64,000 nucleotides of DNA from Marsupella aquatica (lineage: Eukaryota > Plantae > Marchantiophyta), in assembly GCA_973895155.1 (NCBI GenBank), contig OZ316898.1, positions 8,419,079 to 8,483,078 on the forward strand, read 5' to 3'. A program made the translations under genes and the position numbers. The notes beneath the pieces were generated by a model. That model was given only the letters and a program-made list of their open reading frames with translations. It searched no databases and was not told the DNA's origin. Below, in pieces: positions 13,332 through 25,560 of the stretch (the first letter of the stretch is position 1; every line of letters begins with the position of its first letter).

Positions 13332-15221
13332 TCATGGCCGCCCCGGGCCCAATACTAACGGCGGTAGCATTACCTATGGCCGATGAAGAGGATGGGGAGG
13401 TGTCACCCTCCCCGAGCCAGTCACGGGGGAAGAAGAGGAAGGAACCCGCTGCTGCATCGGGGTTACCAATGGCCACGGTAGCCGCGACCAAGGTGACAAT
13501 GCACCGCATGGGGGAAAACGTGCATAAAAACATCCTCCATCCCAAACATGCGGTGTACCTGAAAACTCAGGGATTCAAGCACCTCGCCTCTCTCCCTTGG
13601 AACACTTGCAGGTACTATGGGGAGGACATGATTCATCAAGAATTATGACGATGCACGTCAACATACTCGGCTGCGGGGAAGGAATATGTCCCTCACGGAA
13701 GAACGACTCAAGATGATCTTTGGGTTACCTGAAGGTGACCACCGAGTCAAATCATGGGCTCCCGGGGGCAAGGGAGCCAAGTACCAATCCTCGAGTTTTC
13801 CCTCCGAGGGATCAGTGGACAACGGGTTCGTGATGAGGACCTGCCTCATCCCCAAGATAGTTGAGCGACTGGAGTTCCAAAGGTACGCCCTCCACATGAT
13901 GGAACCCCGGGGGGAGATCTCCGCTGCCCAGGTTATCCAGGTCGAGAACTATCGACCTAAGAAGTGGGCGTCGTACTTTGCTAAGAAATTCCATGAAGAG
14001 ATGGAGCGGCGAAGAAAGACGCTATACATTGGCGGGAAGGCATATTTTGCTAGCCACATCGAGATCATTCTCAAGTGGTACGCTCGGTTTGATCGACAAA
14101 CCCTTCCCCGTGTCAACATAACAAAGCTGGTCCCAGCTAGGTGGGTTTTCCCGGCCTTGGAGAGACGGCCCCAACCCGAGGCCCGAAGTCCAGCGGCCAC
14201 GCAGGCTTCACCCACCCCACCTCCACAAGTAGCTGTAGCCGTGGCCGAGGAGGTACCGGATGGGTCGGTAATCGCAACCATAGATGTGATCGACCAGGCC
14301 GGGCCAAGTATAGAAGTTGGGATAGCGGAGGCCATACTTGAGCCCGGGTCTCCCAAAGACCCACCAGTGGCTATTCCGGAGGACCGGACATTGTTGCAGG
14401 AGGACACTCCAACCCCTTCCAACACTCTGTCCCTAGGGCTGGATGTCACTGCCCTGGCCCCTGCGCGTGTTGACGTCTGCCCGTGCCCAACTCCGGACAG
14501 GCACAACCTGGACCACCCGGAACTCTTCGTACCGGGTACATTTTTGAACGGGCTTCTAGGAGATTTCTCTCATCAAATTGCCCGGGATACCGGGGAGTTC
14601 ATGGCCCGGAAGGTAGCCTATTTCTTCAATCAGGAGTTGGTTGTCACAATAAAGGCAGGTCGGGCCCAGTCAGAGGCCCTTCAGAGGATAGAGCAGTACC
14701 GGGTGGATTCCGTATACTTAAAGGACGAAGTTGCAGCTCAAGAGGCTGAGCTTCTGCAACTACGACCCAAAGTTGCAGCCACCGATGAGTTGTTAGCGAA
14801 GGCGCACGCCCTTACCGCCCTAGCCGAACAGGCCAAAGCTGGGAACGAGGCCGAGATTGCACGACTCCGGAACCAGATTGACAATTTGAAGAATCAAACT
14901 GTCATCTGGCAGAAAGACCTGGAGGAGGCCGAAGAATGGGCCCAACGGGACACTGCGGAGATAGCCACACTACAGGCCGAAGTGGCGCGGCTCCAAACCA
15001 AAGCCGAGAAGCAGGACCAGTTGGCGGGCAAGCTGACGAGCGATGCCCAGCAGCTGGAGGAGGCATGCCAGGAGGCAGCAGAGGAGACGGACGTGGCGAA
15101 GTGAGAGAACAAATCTCTGCTGGACCAGGTCCAGCTCCTCAAGGCGGACAACGACAGACTTTGTAAGCAACGGGATGGCCGCTCCCACTCCGGCGGCTCT
15201 GGCAAGCGTGCCAGACATTAG
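13328..15221 (+). pseudogene. Element A ORF2: plant-transposon-type N-terminal domain, Pro-rich linker, long coiled coil
   Basis: ORFs 13328-13648 and 13686-15104, read through TGA to 15221. Homologous to 39623-41332 (SLTE.RL..IFGLP.G, LHM.EPR.EIS, IGGK.Y..SHI.IIL.WY, EVARLQT.A). Confidence 0.75.
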
Positions 15222-16113
15222 CAGCGGAATAGGAATAGAATAAGGTTAGGAATAGCTAAATCAGGCTATGGGGACAGGAACCTGCCCTAGTTAGAGCAGC
15301 ACTGCCATGCTGTCCAGCCTGCGTAGGTTAGGATCTTCTAATAAGACACAACCGTTTTTTTGGTCTGACAGTCAGATTAGTTAGGACCTAAGTCAGCAAA
15401 TCTTCGGGGGAGGAAACTCTGTTCCTCGGCCCTTAGTATTTAGTGCACCCCTCGGTAGAGGCAGGGGTTTTTAGTCTCAGTATTGGACATCCGCAGTATG
15501 TGCGGGGAGTCCCGACCTCTGGGAGTGAAAGAGTACCAAGGGGAGGGTGTAAGACTAAGCTCGCTGGGCGAGTGTGGAGCCGGGCTCCGTTGTAGTGTAC
15601 ACCCTCAGCCTCGAACCTGTTCACTCCAGAGCATTTGGGTCAACTAAGTGTACGCGTATGTCTCTTATGGAGTAAAATCCCTTCCCGTTATTTCCTTCGT
15701 GTAAATTGAGACTTTATGCTTGTGCGTATGTATGTGTGTGAATCTCGTGTATAGGTCCCAACGCTTGGCCGAACGCACTACCCAAGTAGTGCATGGGGTG
15801 CAGCTTGCGTGTACGTGGTTGCGAGCCCGGGTTGAGCACCCATATCAACAAAATCCAGATCGAAGGCGGACAATACAAAGGCTTAGAAGCCCTTAAGCCA
15901 GGGTCGATCCTGCTATCGATTGAGGTACGTTCTAGCGGGGGAACACAAATCATACCTAGGAGGTGTCCGTATATGACGATAGGTGCACTTAGCGCTATTT
16001 TACGTAAGTTGGGTGCATTCCGTGCCTCCCTCCCTGCCCAAACCCTCATTTTGACAAAGGATGTGCCTGTTTAAGCTGAAGCCCGGAGTAAGGCCAAGGC
16101 TGACGACGTGACA

Positions 16114-17906
16114 CTCTTTCAGCTCTGTAGGGTAAACCATCTACTAGATTTTCTCTCTGCATCTTTCGTAGAGCTGGAAGGTTAGCATGACCACAACGAT
16201 AGTGCCACAACAGGATATTGTCAAGATCTGTTGTTGATGTCGTGGATATGACAGCATGTGCCTGACTAGATTGTTGAACCACCTCAAGCTGAAGTTTGTA
16301 CAACTTTCCATCTCTCCTGCCACTCAAAACCTCAACTCCACCTTCATCTTGAACACCACATCCATGTCTATGGTACGTAGTGATCATTCCATTATCAGCG
16401 GCTTGTCCAATGGAAAACAAATTCCTCCTTAGCTTGGGAACGTAAAGAACATTCTGAAGAATACCAGAATAAACTTTACCTTACAATCCTTTTGTGACAA
16501 CTTTGATGTATCCGCATCCTTCAACCCATAGCTGGTGGTTGTCGTCAACTTGTACTGACCATGTATGTGGCGGTACAGACCGAAATGTATGGAAATATGA
16601 CCTCATGCTAGTCATGTGCTCACTTGCACCACCATCTGCATACCAAACTTTAGTATCGTTTGTTGATGATGAAAGGACAGCAAAAGCAATGCTCTCAGTG
16701 GTGGAGACATTAGCTTCACTTTGTTGTGGCGTGATGTCATTGGCTGCACTCCTTCCGTTGCCGTTTGAATTGCCTTTGCTCCTACATTCTCGTGCCCAAT
16801 GCCCCTTGTTGCCACACTTGTTGCAATTGGTCTTTTTCTTTTGATCAGCAATAGACCCTCTTCGGGATATTTTCTCAGTATCAGAATAGGCTCTGTTCTG
16901 ATTACTGAAAAATGCCCTAGCATCATCTTGACTTACTGCTTCACCTGCCGGGTACAATGTCGCTTCCTTGAGAAGTCGACTTGTGAGCTTGTCAAGTGTT
17001 TGCTGATCAGAAGGTACATTGTCCCAAGCTGCCAACACATGTCGATATGATGCTGGAAGACTACAGATTATCTTAGTGATAATTGTAGAATCAGTGACTG
17101 TCTCTCCCAAATCATTGAGTTGTTGTGCCATGGCCTCAATCTTGCTAATGTGAGTAGCCATATCATCTTCCGCCTAGAGCTTGTGCTCAAAGAATCTTTG
17201 TTGCAGCAAATGTTGATTCTTTGCAGCATTCTGATCGTGAAGAGTACTCAGTCTTGTCCACATTTGATTAGAAGATTTACAGTTCACTAGGCGCTGTATA
17301 ATCTTCTCATGAAGTGCGGCACAAATGGTGGATTGCATGATTGAGGACTACCATTTTAGTCCTTTTTTCTCCATAAGAAAGGACTCCATGAGCACTTAAT
17401 AGGAGTCCATGAGCACTGAATGTGCCACATATCCCTTGATGGCTAGGATTGAGTAGTTGAGATTGAAAGGTTAGATCTTGCATGCCAAGTCTTTTGGAAG
17501 TGTGTCCACACTTTTTGAAAGTCCTTACCTCTTGGAAGTGTGCCCAACATTTGTGGAAGTGTGTCATGAAGTATTTTTTACCTAAGATGTGCTAATCTTG
17601 GTCGTTGACAGTCCTTGGATTAGTGAAAGGACTGGAGACTTTTTTGCCTCCTTTGGTAGCCCTCAATCATGCAATCCACCAAATGTACATCTTCGCTGCC
17701 TTGTCCTTAGTGTTCCATTCTCTAGTACTCGCTGCTGGAGCACCCGGAGCAGGCTTGGCTTCACTACCGTCGATGACTCCCATCAACTCCTTTGCATCAA
17801 AGACTAATTGAATCTGAAATTTCCATAACTGGAAATTTGATCCTAAAAAAATTGTAATGTGGGAAACGTCTTTGATCTCGGGTTTGCTACCCGTTGCTCT
17901 ATCCAT
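16114..17906 (-). pseudogene. copia gag-protease-pre-integrase region
   Basis: ATG at 17906 (MDRATG...NFQLWKFQI). Frame is restored after MITE removal (AKMYICAALHEKIIQ). In-frame TAG at ~17174. Zinc knuckle and protease lie in ORF 16481-17161. Confidence 0.88.
17327..17680. mobile_element. 354-bp MITE, 27-bp TIRs, 4-bp TSD AAAT (Sola-like)
   Basis: TIR GGTGGATTGCATGATTGAGG(A/G)CTACCA at both ends, one mismatch. AAAT at 17323-17326 and 17681-17684. Excision restores the gag frame. Confidence 0.93.
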
Positions 17907-17975
17907 CTCTCTCTATTGCTCAAAACTGAACTGTTCAAGTGAACAGCAGAGTTACACTTAGGCTATGACCATGAT

Positions 17976-17989
17976 GTGGGCCCATAACC
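17976..17989 (-). other. Primer-binding site GGTTATGGGCCCA (internal tRNAi-Met fragment type)
   Basis: Immediately follows the LTR's ...CA on the minus strand; classic copia half-tRNA PBS sequence. Confidence 0.85.
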
Positions 17990-18434
17990 TGTTGGAGTAT
18001 TTACAGTAAAGTAAATGCTTGTATTACTGAGAAATGGGCTCAAGGCTTTATACCGTAGAGCCAAGTAAACAACATGACACATGGCATACTATAAGATTGC
18101 ATGGCCTACTGCATCCCCCATATATCGATGCATGCAACATGATTTAGTGGATACATCAAATCTAACCTACTCTATCTACTCTTCCACGTGTACGCAATCA
18201 ACTCTAATGCGGTGCGGTGCCTATTATGGTGTGGCGCGGGCTATCAACTCAATTGCAGTGCGGCACCTATTATGGTGTAGTGCGGCTCGGCACAATTCTA
18301 AATAAACCGCTATGCTAAATAAAAAACACGTAGTCTAATCAGATATTATTCTGATTGGGACACCTCTACGTGATTATAGTGATGAATCAGATCAACATAA
18401 GTCATGCTATGTAGTGAGTCACGTACTTTCAACA
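17990..18434 (-). repeat. 5' LTR of copia element (445 bp)
   Basis: TGTTG...CAACA termini adjacent to the PBS. Outer flank TATAC (18435-18439) is the predicted TSD. Confidence 0.8.
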
Positions 18435-18640
18435 TATACATATCATGTACATATCATCCCCAGATAGGATAAAATATGTTCTTTTTGGTTTCAAATGTTT
18501 AGAGAAATAAACATTTTATTTACATTCAAGTTTTTCAATATTGAAAGCTATTATCTGATTCTTTAAATTTAATTAATTTTTCATTTTGGTCAGGTTTGGG
18601 CAGCTACGGGCAGCTCAAGCAGAGGCAATTGAGATTAGAA

Positions 18641-20227
18641 CACTAGTACATATTAAGCTGATTTTCGATGCTCAATTTTTGTGAACAATCGCTGTCCGAT
18701 TCTTTTAGCATCGGAAATTCCGATTATCAAAAAATGGCAATATGCCATACTCTCGGCTTTGGATATCTTCATTTCCGATATAATTGACAACGGAACCTTT
18801 CTGATGCGTTAAAAAACGGATCATATCCGTTAGAAAACACATCGGATCCCTCAACAGAAACTTTGATTGATATGTCCGATGTTTTTTGTAACGAAAATGA
18901 TGTGCGTTACAATATTGATCGGAAACTTTCCGTAGTTAATAAGAACAGATATTATATCCGATTGTGCTAACATGGCAAAGTCCGATGTTGGGAGAATGGG
19001 AAAGTCCGATGTTGGGAGTATGGGAAAGTCCGATGCTAGAAGAATGGGAAAGTCCGATGCTGGGAGTATGGGAAAGTCCGATGCTAGAAGAATGGGAAAG
19101 TCCGATGCTGGGAGTATGGGAAAGTCTGGTTATGACAAAAAGAAAATTTTTGATTGTGTTAGAATGAAAAGTTTTGATGTGTTAGATGGGGTATGTGGTT
19201 GCACCGACATACTCTTCCCAAAAGATGCAATCATTCTTGCATGCATGAATAACTTCATACTTGAGGCAAATGGACTTGAGTGTTGTTTTTGCCTCATTCC
19301 AAGACCCAACATATTGTTCCCTTACGGAAATATGTGCTCAACATGCCAAGTCCAAAATACATCATCTAGAAGGAGGTTGTTTGTCCCATGTAGTCTTTGT
19401 TGCAAGTCCAACAACAACATAGTTGATAAAAGATGAGACAATCAGGAGCCATTGACGCTGAGACTTTGGAAGGACCAAAATATCATCCATAACTAATAAG
19501 CCATAATTATCCCATATCAAATCTAATGAAGGAGGGCTTTACTATCGATGAATGACCCATGCCAGATTTCTATTGGTTTCTCCTAGGGGAATGTAACAGG
19601 GTAACTAGAATAGGTCACTTGATGCAAAGATCTAATCTCATGATAGAGAAAAATGGATCAAGAATGGGTCCAAATTATGGGTCTTAGTAAACTCACAAGT
19701 GTATAAAATCCCCAAACACTCTAAGTCAAACAACAAAAGTGCTAAGCTTGCATGTACAATGTAAGGAATAAGAACCACAAAGTTAAGCTCATGTTGGAGG
19801 AATAGCAATTGGGATGGGTGACCAATTAGTTGAGAAAATTTGAAGAGTTCACATGTCAAGGGAGATGGGCACCTAGCTCATAGTTCCAAATGAAAGTAGA
19901 AACCCAATTAAAGGAAGAGATGGGTGACCTGAGCATGTCGCGTCCGCTGAAATGCATATCCCATTTTGATTGCTTCGGACTTTCCCATTCTCTCACCATC
20001 GGACTTTCCCATTCTCCTAGCATCGGACTTTCCCATTCTCCCACCATCGGACTTTCCCATTCTCCCACCATCGGACTTTCCGATAGAAGTCCGATTGTCG
20101 ATATCCGATACTATTAAAATGGCATGTTGCGATGCTAGTAGTATCGGATATATGGTTTTTCAAATTTTATTTTACAAAGGCGTCCGATGTGGAGAGAATC
20201 GGAAAAAGGAGGTAAAATGTACTAGTG
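18641..20227. mobile_element. Non-autonomous CACTA element (1.59 kb)
   Basis: TIR CACTAGTACAT at both ends; 3-bp TSD GAA (18638-40, 20228-30). Many TCCGAT/ATCGGA subterminal motifs, and 24-bp tandem arrays in opposite orientation (18970-19130; 19975-20085). Confidence 0.93.
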
Positions 20228-22119
20228 GAAGGCGTAGGTTTGGGTAAGATATGGGCAACAGTTACGGAACTCGACTACATTAACACTTAACTCCGACGTC
20301 GCTGACTCCGACGCCGAGCTCCTTTATGGTCCAGGCCCGGATAGGCCATCCGGGGAGGACTTAGCACGGGGAGACTTGTGGGCAATGAGACGTGGCACTA
20401 GCGAGGCAAGGGGCCAAGCTGGGGACACACACTAAGGACTTGGACTGGCCTATGGCTGGTCGGGTCAAGGGCAAATGGGCCGGGCTCAAGGATGACCGTC
20501 TGGACCATCGGATGGGCTTTGAGTTCTGAGGGCTTGGGAGTGAGCTCCACTTGGGCCCAAGGCCAATGGAGTTGACGCCATTTGCAACGGACGCTTGGGG
20601 CGCAAGTTGTGGCCCGATCCGGATTGGGCCAGTCTGGGGCCCTGAGCGGCAATCAGACCTGAGGGCCTAGGCATGAGCACTGGGTCGGCCCAGTCACAAC
20701 GGGCTAAGGCACTCCGCTTGTGGATGCCTATCAAGAAAGTTATGGGCGTTGCCAGTTGGTGGCGTGCCCATTATGCGCGATGGGATCCGGGTTGGGGGCC
20801 AAATGTTTAGGGACCAAAGTTGGTCCGGGGGTGGCAGGTCTTCAGAAGCATATATGAGGGGAGTGGTGTCTCCCTGGGGGCTAAGGCCGAGTCGAAGTCG
20901 TGAGCCGCGAGGGTCGCGACACTAGGAAAACCGCCAAACAGAAATGATGATATCTTTCCAATGGGAAGTCTGTTGGAGGACTTCCTGGGTTCGTTGGAAA
21001 GCTATTGAGGAAGGCTACGCCCTACTGAGCTCAGATGGGTCTGGGGGTGCCATAGATTCTCGTGGTTTGCGGGTGTTAGCTCGCCCTCTTGCCAAATCCT
21101 GCCGAACAGCAGCCAAACCGCGTTCAGCCTCCCAAGGGAGCTTGCGTTGGGGAGGCAAGGCCAAGTAGGTATGGAGGCTGAGTCCCAAGGGTGCTTGATC
21201 CCTAGACCATCAGTGGGGTGAACTGGGAGCGGTTGCTAGAATCGGGGCCGTTCTGGTCCCGACGTGTTGGGACGAGCTTGGGACAAGCTTTAGGACAAGC
21301 TACGCTATTGGGCCATGAGCATGTCCTAAGGTCAGGGCGGTCAGTTGGTGATGGATAGGTACAAGGGGGAACCCGGGCCGCGCCCAAGGAAGGAGTTGTC
21401 CTGGACGGACAGTGGGCGTGGGTTTTGGTTCCGGCTTATGGCATTGGGAGGACCTATCGCTGACCTATTTACCAACGTCTGTTGAGCTTGAGTTGGTATG
21501 CTAGACTTGGCGAGTTCTAGATCCGGAGGGGTTACTTACCGAGGTGTTTGGTTGCTTGTGCAGACAGTGAGGACCGTTGAGTAACGGTCGTGTAGGTGAA
21601 CAAGTGCGGCTTCGTATGGGAGGGGCCGCAGGTGGTGCTAGAGGCACTTGGATGCTTGCTCGAGGTGTTCCGTGGAGGCGTTCGGACACCAAGGGCACTT
21701 AGGTGCAAGTGCTGGGATTAGTGAGGGCGTTGGGTGGCTAGGTCCACCACTGCAACTCAAGCAAGACAATTGAGATTAAAAGGAGTAGGGTTCAATATGA
21801 AAGTGCCAGAAAATCATATTTTTAAAGAAGGGTTAGAGTGGTTCATGCCTTTGTTGAGTTTGTCAACTGAAGAAGTGATTTTTGGCCAGATCGGGTGTTA
21901 AAGTGGTAGATGATTATGGTGAACATGCACAAGTTGCTATTTGCAAAAGTAGATTCTATTCCACCTGGGGTTAGCTTACTAAGTATCTACTTAGCTCTAA
22001 AATAGTCCTTTACCACTAGTACTAAGTAACTTTATTGTTGCGAAATGAACACTACGTGCTTAGGAGTTCACTTTTTGGGGACATATTGCCTAGAGAACCT
22101 GGAGCTGCGGGGCTGTCCT

Positions 22120-25100
22120 CCATTTGTTCATATTTTGATGAACACCATGTTCTCGTTGTCCAGCGAGAGGTCCGTTTAAGTAGAGAAGTCCGAGTTTACC
22201 AGGTTTTGAGGCAAATATCTGAGTATTTGTTCATATTTTGATGAACAGCATGTTCTCTTTGTCCAGCGAGAGGTCCGTGTAAGTACAGACGTCCGACTTT
22301 ACCAGGTTTTGAGGCAAATATCTGAGTTAGGACCTGGCACTTTGATGCAAAAGGAAGTATAGTGTCGGTGACAGCATTTCCATGCTACGAACAATCTAGA
22401 GCCAGTGTTAGCAACGTTCTGGGTCGTTCTTGGCTTGGGAGATTGCTGTCACCAGCTCCATTTTCCTTTTGCCTCAGGTGCCAAGATTTCCCTCGATCCG
22501 TGGAGTTTACTGGCAGCAAAGTGGAGGAGCGTCAGTGCATGAGAGTTCCACAAGCAGCAAGCTCGACGCTCATCGATGCCCGCATGGCCACTCAAATATG
22601 TCGTGCTTCGTCATTGAAAAGGTAACGCAGCTTCCAGATTGCGGGACTTTCGGTAAATGATTGACACACTTAAGAAGCGATCTTAGATCGAGCATCGATG
22701 CTAGTTTCACCGTTATAACTCCGCACCTGACGCAGGGTCGAATGGAAGAAGTCCTGGTGCAGCTGGCTAAGGGGCTCGATCGTGTAGAACAATTATACGT
22801 GCTGCCGTTCTAGCTGCAGCTTACCGAAGTCGTCAATGCATGCAATCTATCATTTCAGCGTGACCGAGAAGGATCACATCAAGATACATTGACTAAAGCG
22901 GCGAGATGTCATCTATCCGTTCCAATCAATTTAATATTGAACGGCATGTTCTCTTTGTCCAGCGAGAGGTCCGTGGAAGTAGAGAAGTCCGAGTTTACCA
23001 GGCTTTGAGGCAAACATCGGAGTTAGGACCTGGCACTTTGATGCAAAAGGAAGTATAGTGTCGGTGACAGCATTTCCATGCTACGAACAATCTAGAGCCA
23101 GTATTAGCAACGTTCTGGGTCGTTCGTGGCTTGGGAGATTGCTGTCACCAGTACCATTTTCCTTTTGCCTCAGGTGCCAAGATTTTCCTCGATCCGTGGA
23201 GTTTACTGGCAGCAAAGTGGAGGAGCGTCAGTGCATGAGAGTTCCACAAGCAGCAAGCTCGACGCTCATCGATGCCCGCATGGCCACTCAAATATGTCGT
23301 GCTTCATCATTGAAAAGGTAACTCAGCTTCCAGATTGCGGGACTTTCGGTAAATGATTGACACACTTAAGAAGCGATCTTAGATCGAGCATCGGTGCTAG
23401 TTTCACCGTTATAACTCCGCACCTGACGCAGGGTCGAATGGAAGAAGTCCTGGTGCACCTGGCTAAGGGGCGCGCTCGATCGTGTAGAAATATTATACGT
23501 GCTGCCGTTCTAGCTGCAGCTTACCGAAGTCGTCAATGCATGCAATCTATCATTTCAGCGTGACCGAGAAGGATCACATCAAGATACATTGACTAAAGCG
23601 GCGAGATGTCATCTATCCGTTCCAATCAATTTAATATTGAACGGCATGTTCTCTTTGTCCAGCGAGAGGTCCGTGGAAGTAGAGAAGTCCGAGTTTACCA
23701 GGCTTTGAGGCAAACATCGGAGTTAGGACCTGGCACTTTGATGCAAAAGGAAGTATAGTGTCGGTGACAGCATTTCCATGCTACGAACAATCTAGAGCCA
23801 GTATTAGCAACGTTCTGGGTCGTTCGTGGCTTGGGAGATTGCTGTCACCAGTACCATTTTCCTTTTGCCTCAGGTGCCAAGATTTTCCTCGATCCGTGGA
23901 GTTTACTGGCAGCAAAGTGGAGGAGCGTCAGTGCATGAGAGTTCCACAAGCAGCAAGCTCGACGCTCATCGATGCCCGCATGGCCACTCAAATATGTCGT
24001 GCTTCATCATTGAAAAGGTAACTCAGCTTCCAGATTGCGGGACTTTCGGTAAATGATTGACACACTTAAGAAGCGATCTTAGATCGAGCATCGGTGCTAG
24101 TTTCACCGTTATAACTCCGCACCTGACGCAGGGTCGAATGGAAGAAGTCCTGGTGCACCTGGCTAAGGGGCGCGCTCGATCGTGTAGAAATATTATACGT
24201 GCTGCCGTTCTAGCTGCAGCTTACCGAAGTCGTCAATGCATGCAATCTATCATTTCAGCGTGACCGAGAAGGATCACATCAAGATACATTGACTAAAGCG
24301 GCGAGATGTCATCTATCCGTTCCAATCAATTTAATATTGAACGGCATGTTCTCTTTGTCCAGCGAGAGGTCCGTGGAAGTAGAGAAGTCCGAGTTTACCA
24401 GGCTTTGAGGCAAACATCGGAGTTAGGACCTGGCACTTTGATGCAAAAGGAAGTATAGTGTCGGTGACAGCATTTCCATGCTACGAACAATCTAGAGCCA
24501 GTATTAGCAACGTTCTGGGTCGTTCGTGGCTTGGGAGATTGCTGTCACCAGTACCATTTTCCTTTTGCCTCAGGTGCCAAGATTTTCCTCGATCCGTGGA
24601 GTTTACTGGCAGCAAAGTGGAGGAGCGTCAGTGCATGAGAGTTCCACAAGCAGCAAGCTCGACGCTCATCGATGCCCGCATGGCCACTCAAATATGTCGT
24701 GCTTCATCATTGAAAAGGTAACGCAGCTTCCAGATTGCGGGACTTTCGGTAAATGATTGACACACTTAAGAAGCGATCTTAGATCGAGCATCGGTGCTAG
24801 TTTCACCGTTATAACTCCGCACCTGACGCAGGGTCGAATGGAAGAAGTCCTGGTGCACCTGGCTAAGGGGCGCGCTCGATCGTGTAGAAATATTATACGT
24901 GCTGCCGTTCTAGCTGCAGCTTACCGAAGTCGTCAATGCATGCAATCTATCATTTCAGCGTGACCGAGAAGGATCACATCAAGATACATTGACCAAAGCG
25001 GCGAGATGTCATCTATCCGTTCCAATCAATTTAATATTGAACGGCATGTTCTCTTTGTCCAGCGAGAGGTCCGTGGAAGTAGAGAAGTCCGAGTTTACCA

Positions 25101-25560
25101 GGCTTTGAGGCAAACATCGGAGTTAGGACCTGGCACTTTGATGCAAAAGGAAGTATAGTGTCGGTGACAGCATTTCCATGCTACGAACAATCTAGAGCCA
25201 GTATTAGCAACGTTCTGGGTCGTTCGTGGCTTGGGAGATTGCTGTCACCAGCACCATTTTCCTTTTGCCTCAGGTGCCAAGATTTCCCTCGATCTGTGGA
25301 GTTTACCGCCAGCAAAGTGGAGGAGCGTCAGTGCGAGTCCCACAAGCAGCAAGCTCGACGCTCATCGATGCCCGCAAGGCAACTCAAATATGTCGTGCTC
25401 GGGTCGTGCTTCGTCATTGAAAAGGTATCGCAGCTTCCAGATTGCGGGACTTTCTGTAAACGATTGACAGACTTAAGTAGCGATCTTAGATGGACCACCG
25501 ATGCTAGTTTCACCGTTATATCTCTGCGCCTGACGCATGCAGGGTCAAATGGAAGAAGTC
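22120..25560. repeat. 700-bp tandem array (~4.7 copies)
   Basis: Anchor AC(A/G)GCATGTTCTCTTTGTCC at 22245, 22941, 23641, 24341 and 25041. Middle copies are near identical. Confidence 0.97.

Larger units (their letters stand above)
12112..16113 (+). mobile_element. 4.0-kb TG...CA element with 5-bp TSD (coding solo-LTR-like), copy A
   Basis: Starts TGTGATG and ends GTGACA, flanked by CTCTT (12107-12111 and 16114-16118). Removing it rejoins copia ...ELKEPADPFCEGC. No RT/IN and no internal LTR pair seen. Confidence 0.9.
11306..18434 (-). mobile_element. Ty1/copia LTR retrotransposon, 5' half (LTR-PBS-gag-PR-IN), disrupted by three insertions
   Basis: Gag with CNKCGNKGHWAREC knuckle; protease WYADGGASEHMT; GAG-pre-integrase LWHYRCGH...CEGC; integrase FKDDHS, RTDRG, PEQNGRVER, WAEA. 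RT/RNaseH is displaced out of the window by the Sola insertion. Confidence 0.93.

Noticed and set aside
12112-16113. DIRS/Ngaro, Ginger or retrozyme identity for elements A/B
   Set aside because: No tyrosine recombinase or split repeats, no integrase or long TIRs, and no hammerhead core (CTGANGA...GAAA) recognised.
18964-19436. ORFs with WESPMLG / MGKSDAG peptide repeats
   Set aside because: Translations of the 24-bp subterminal tandem array of a non-autonomous CACTA; not genes.
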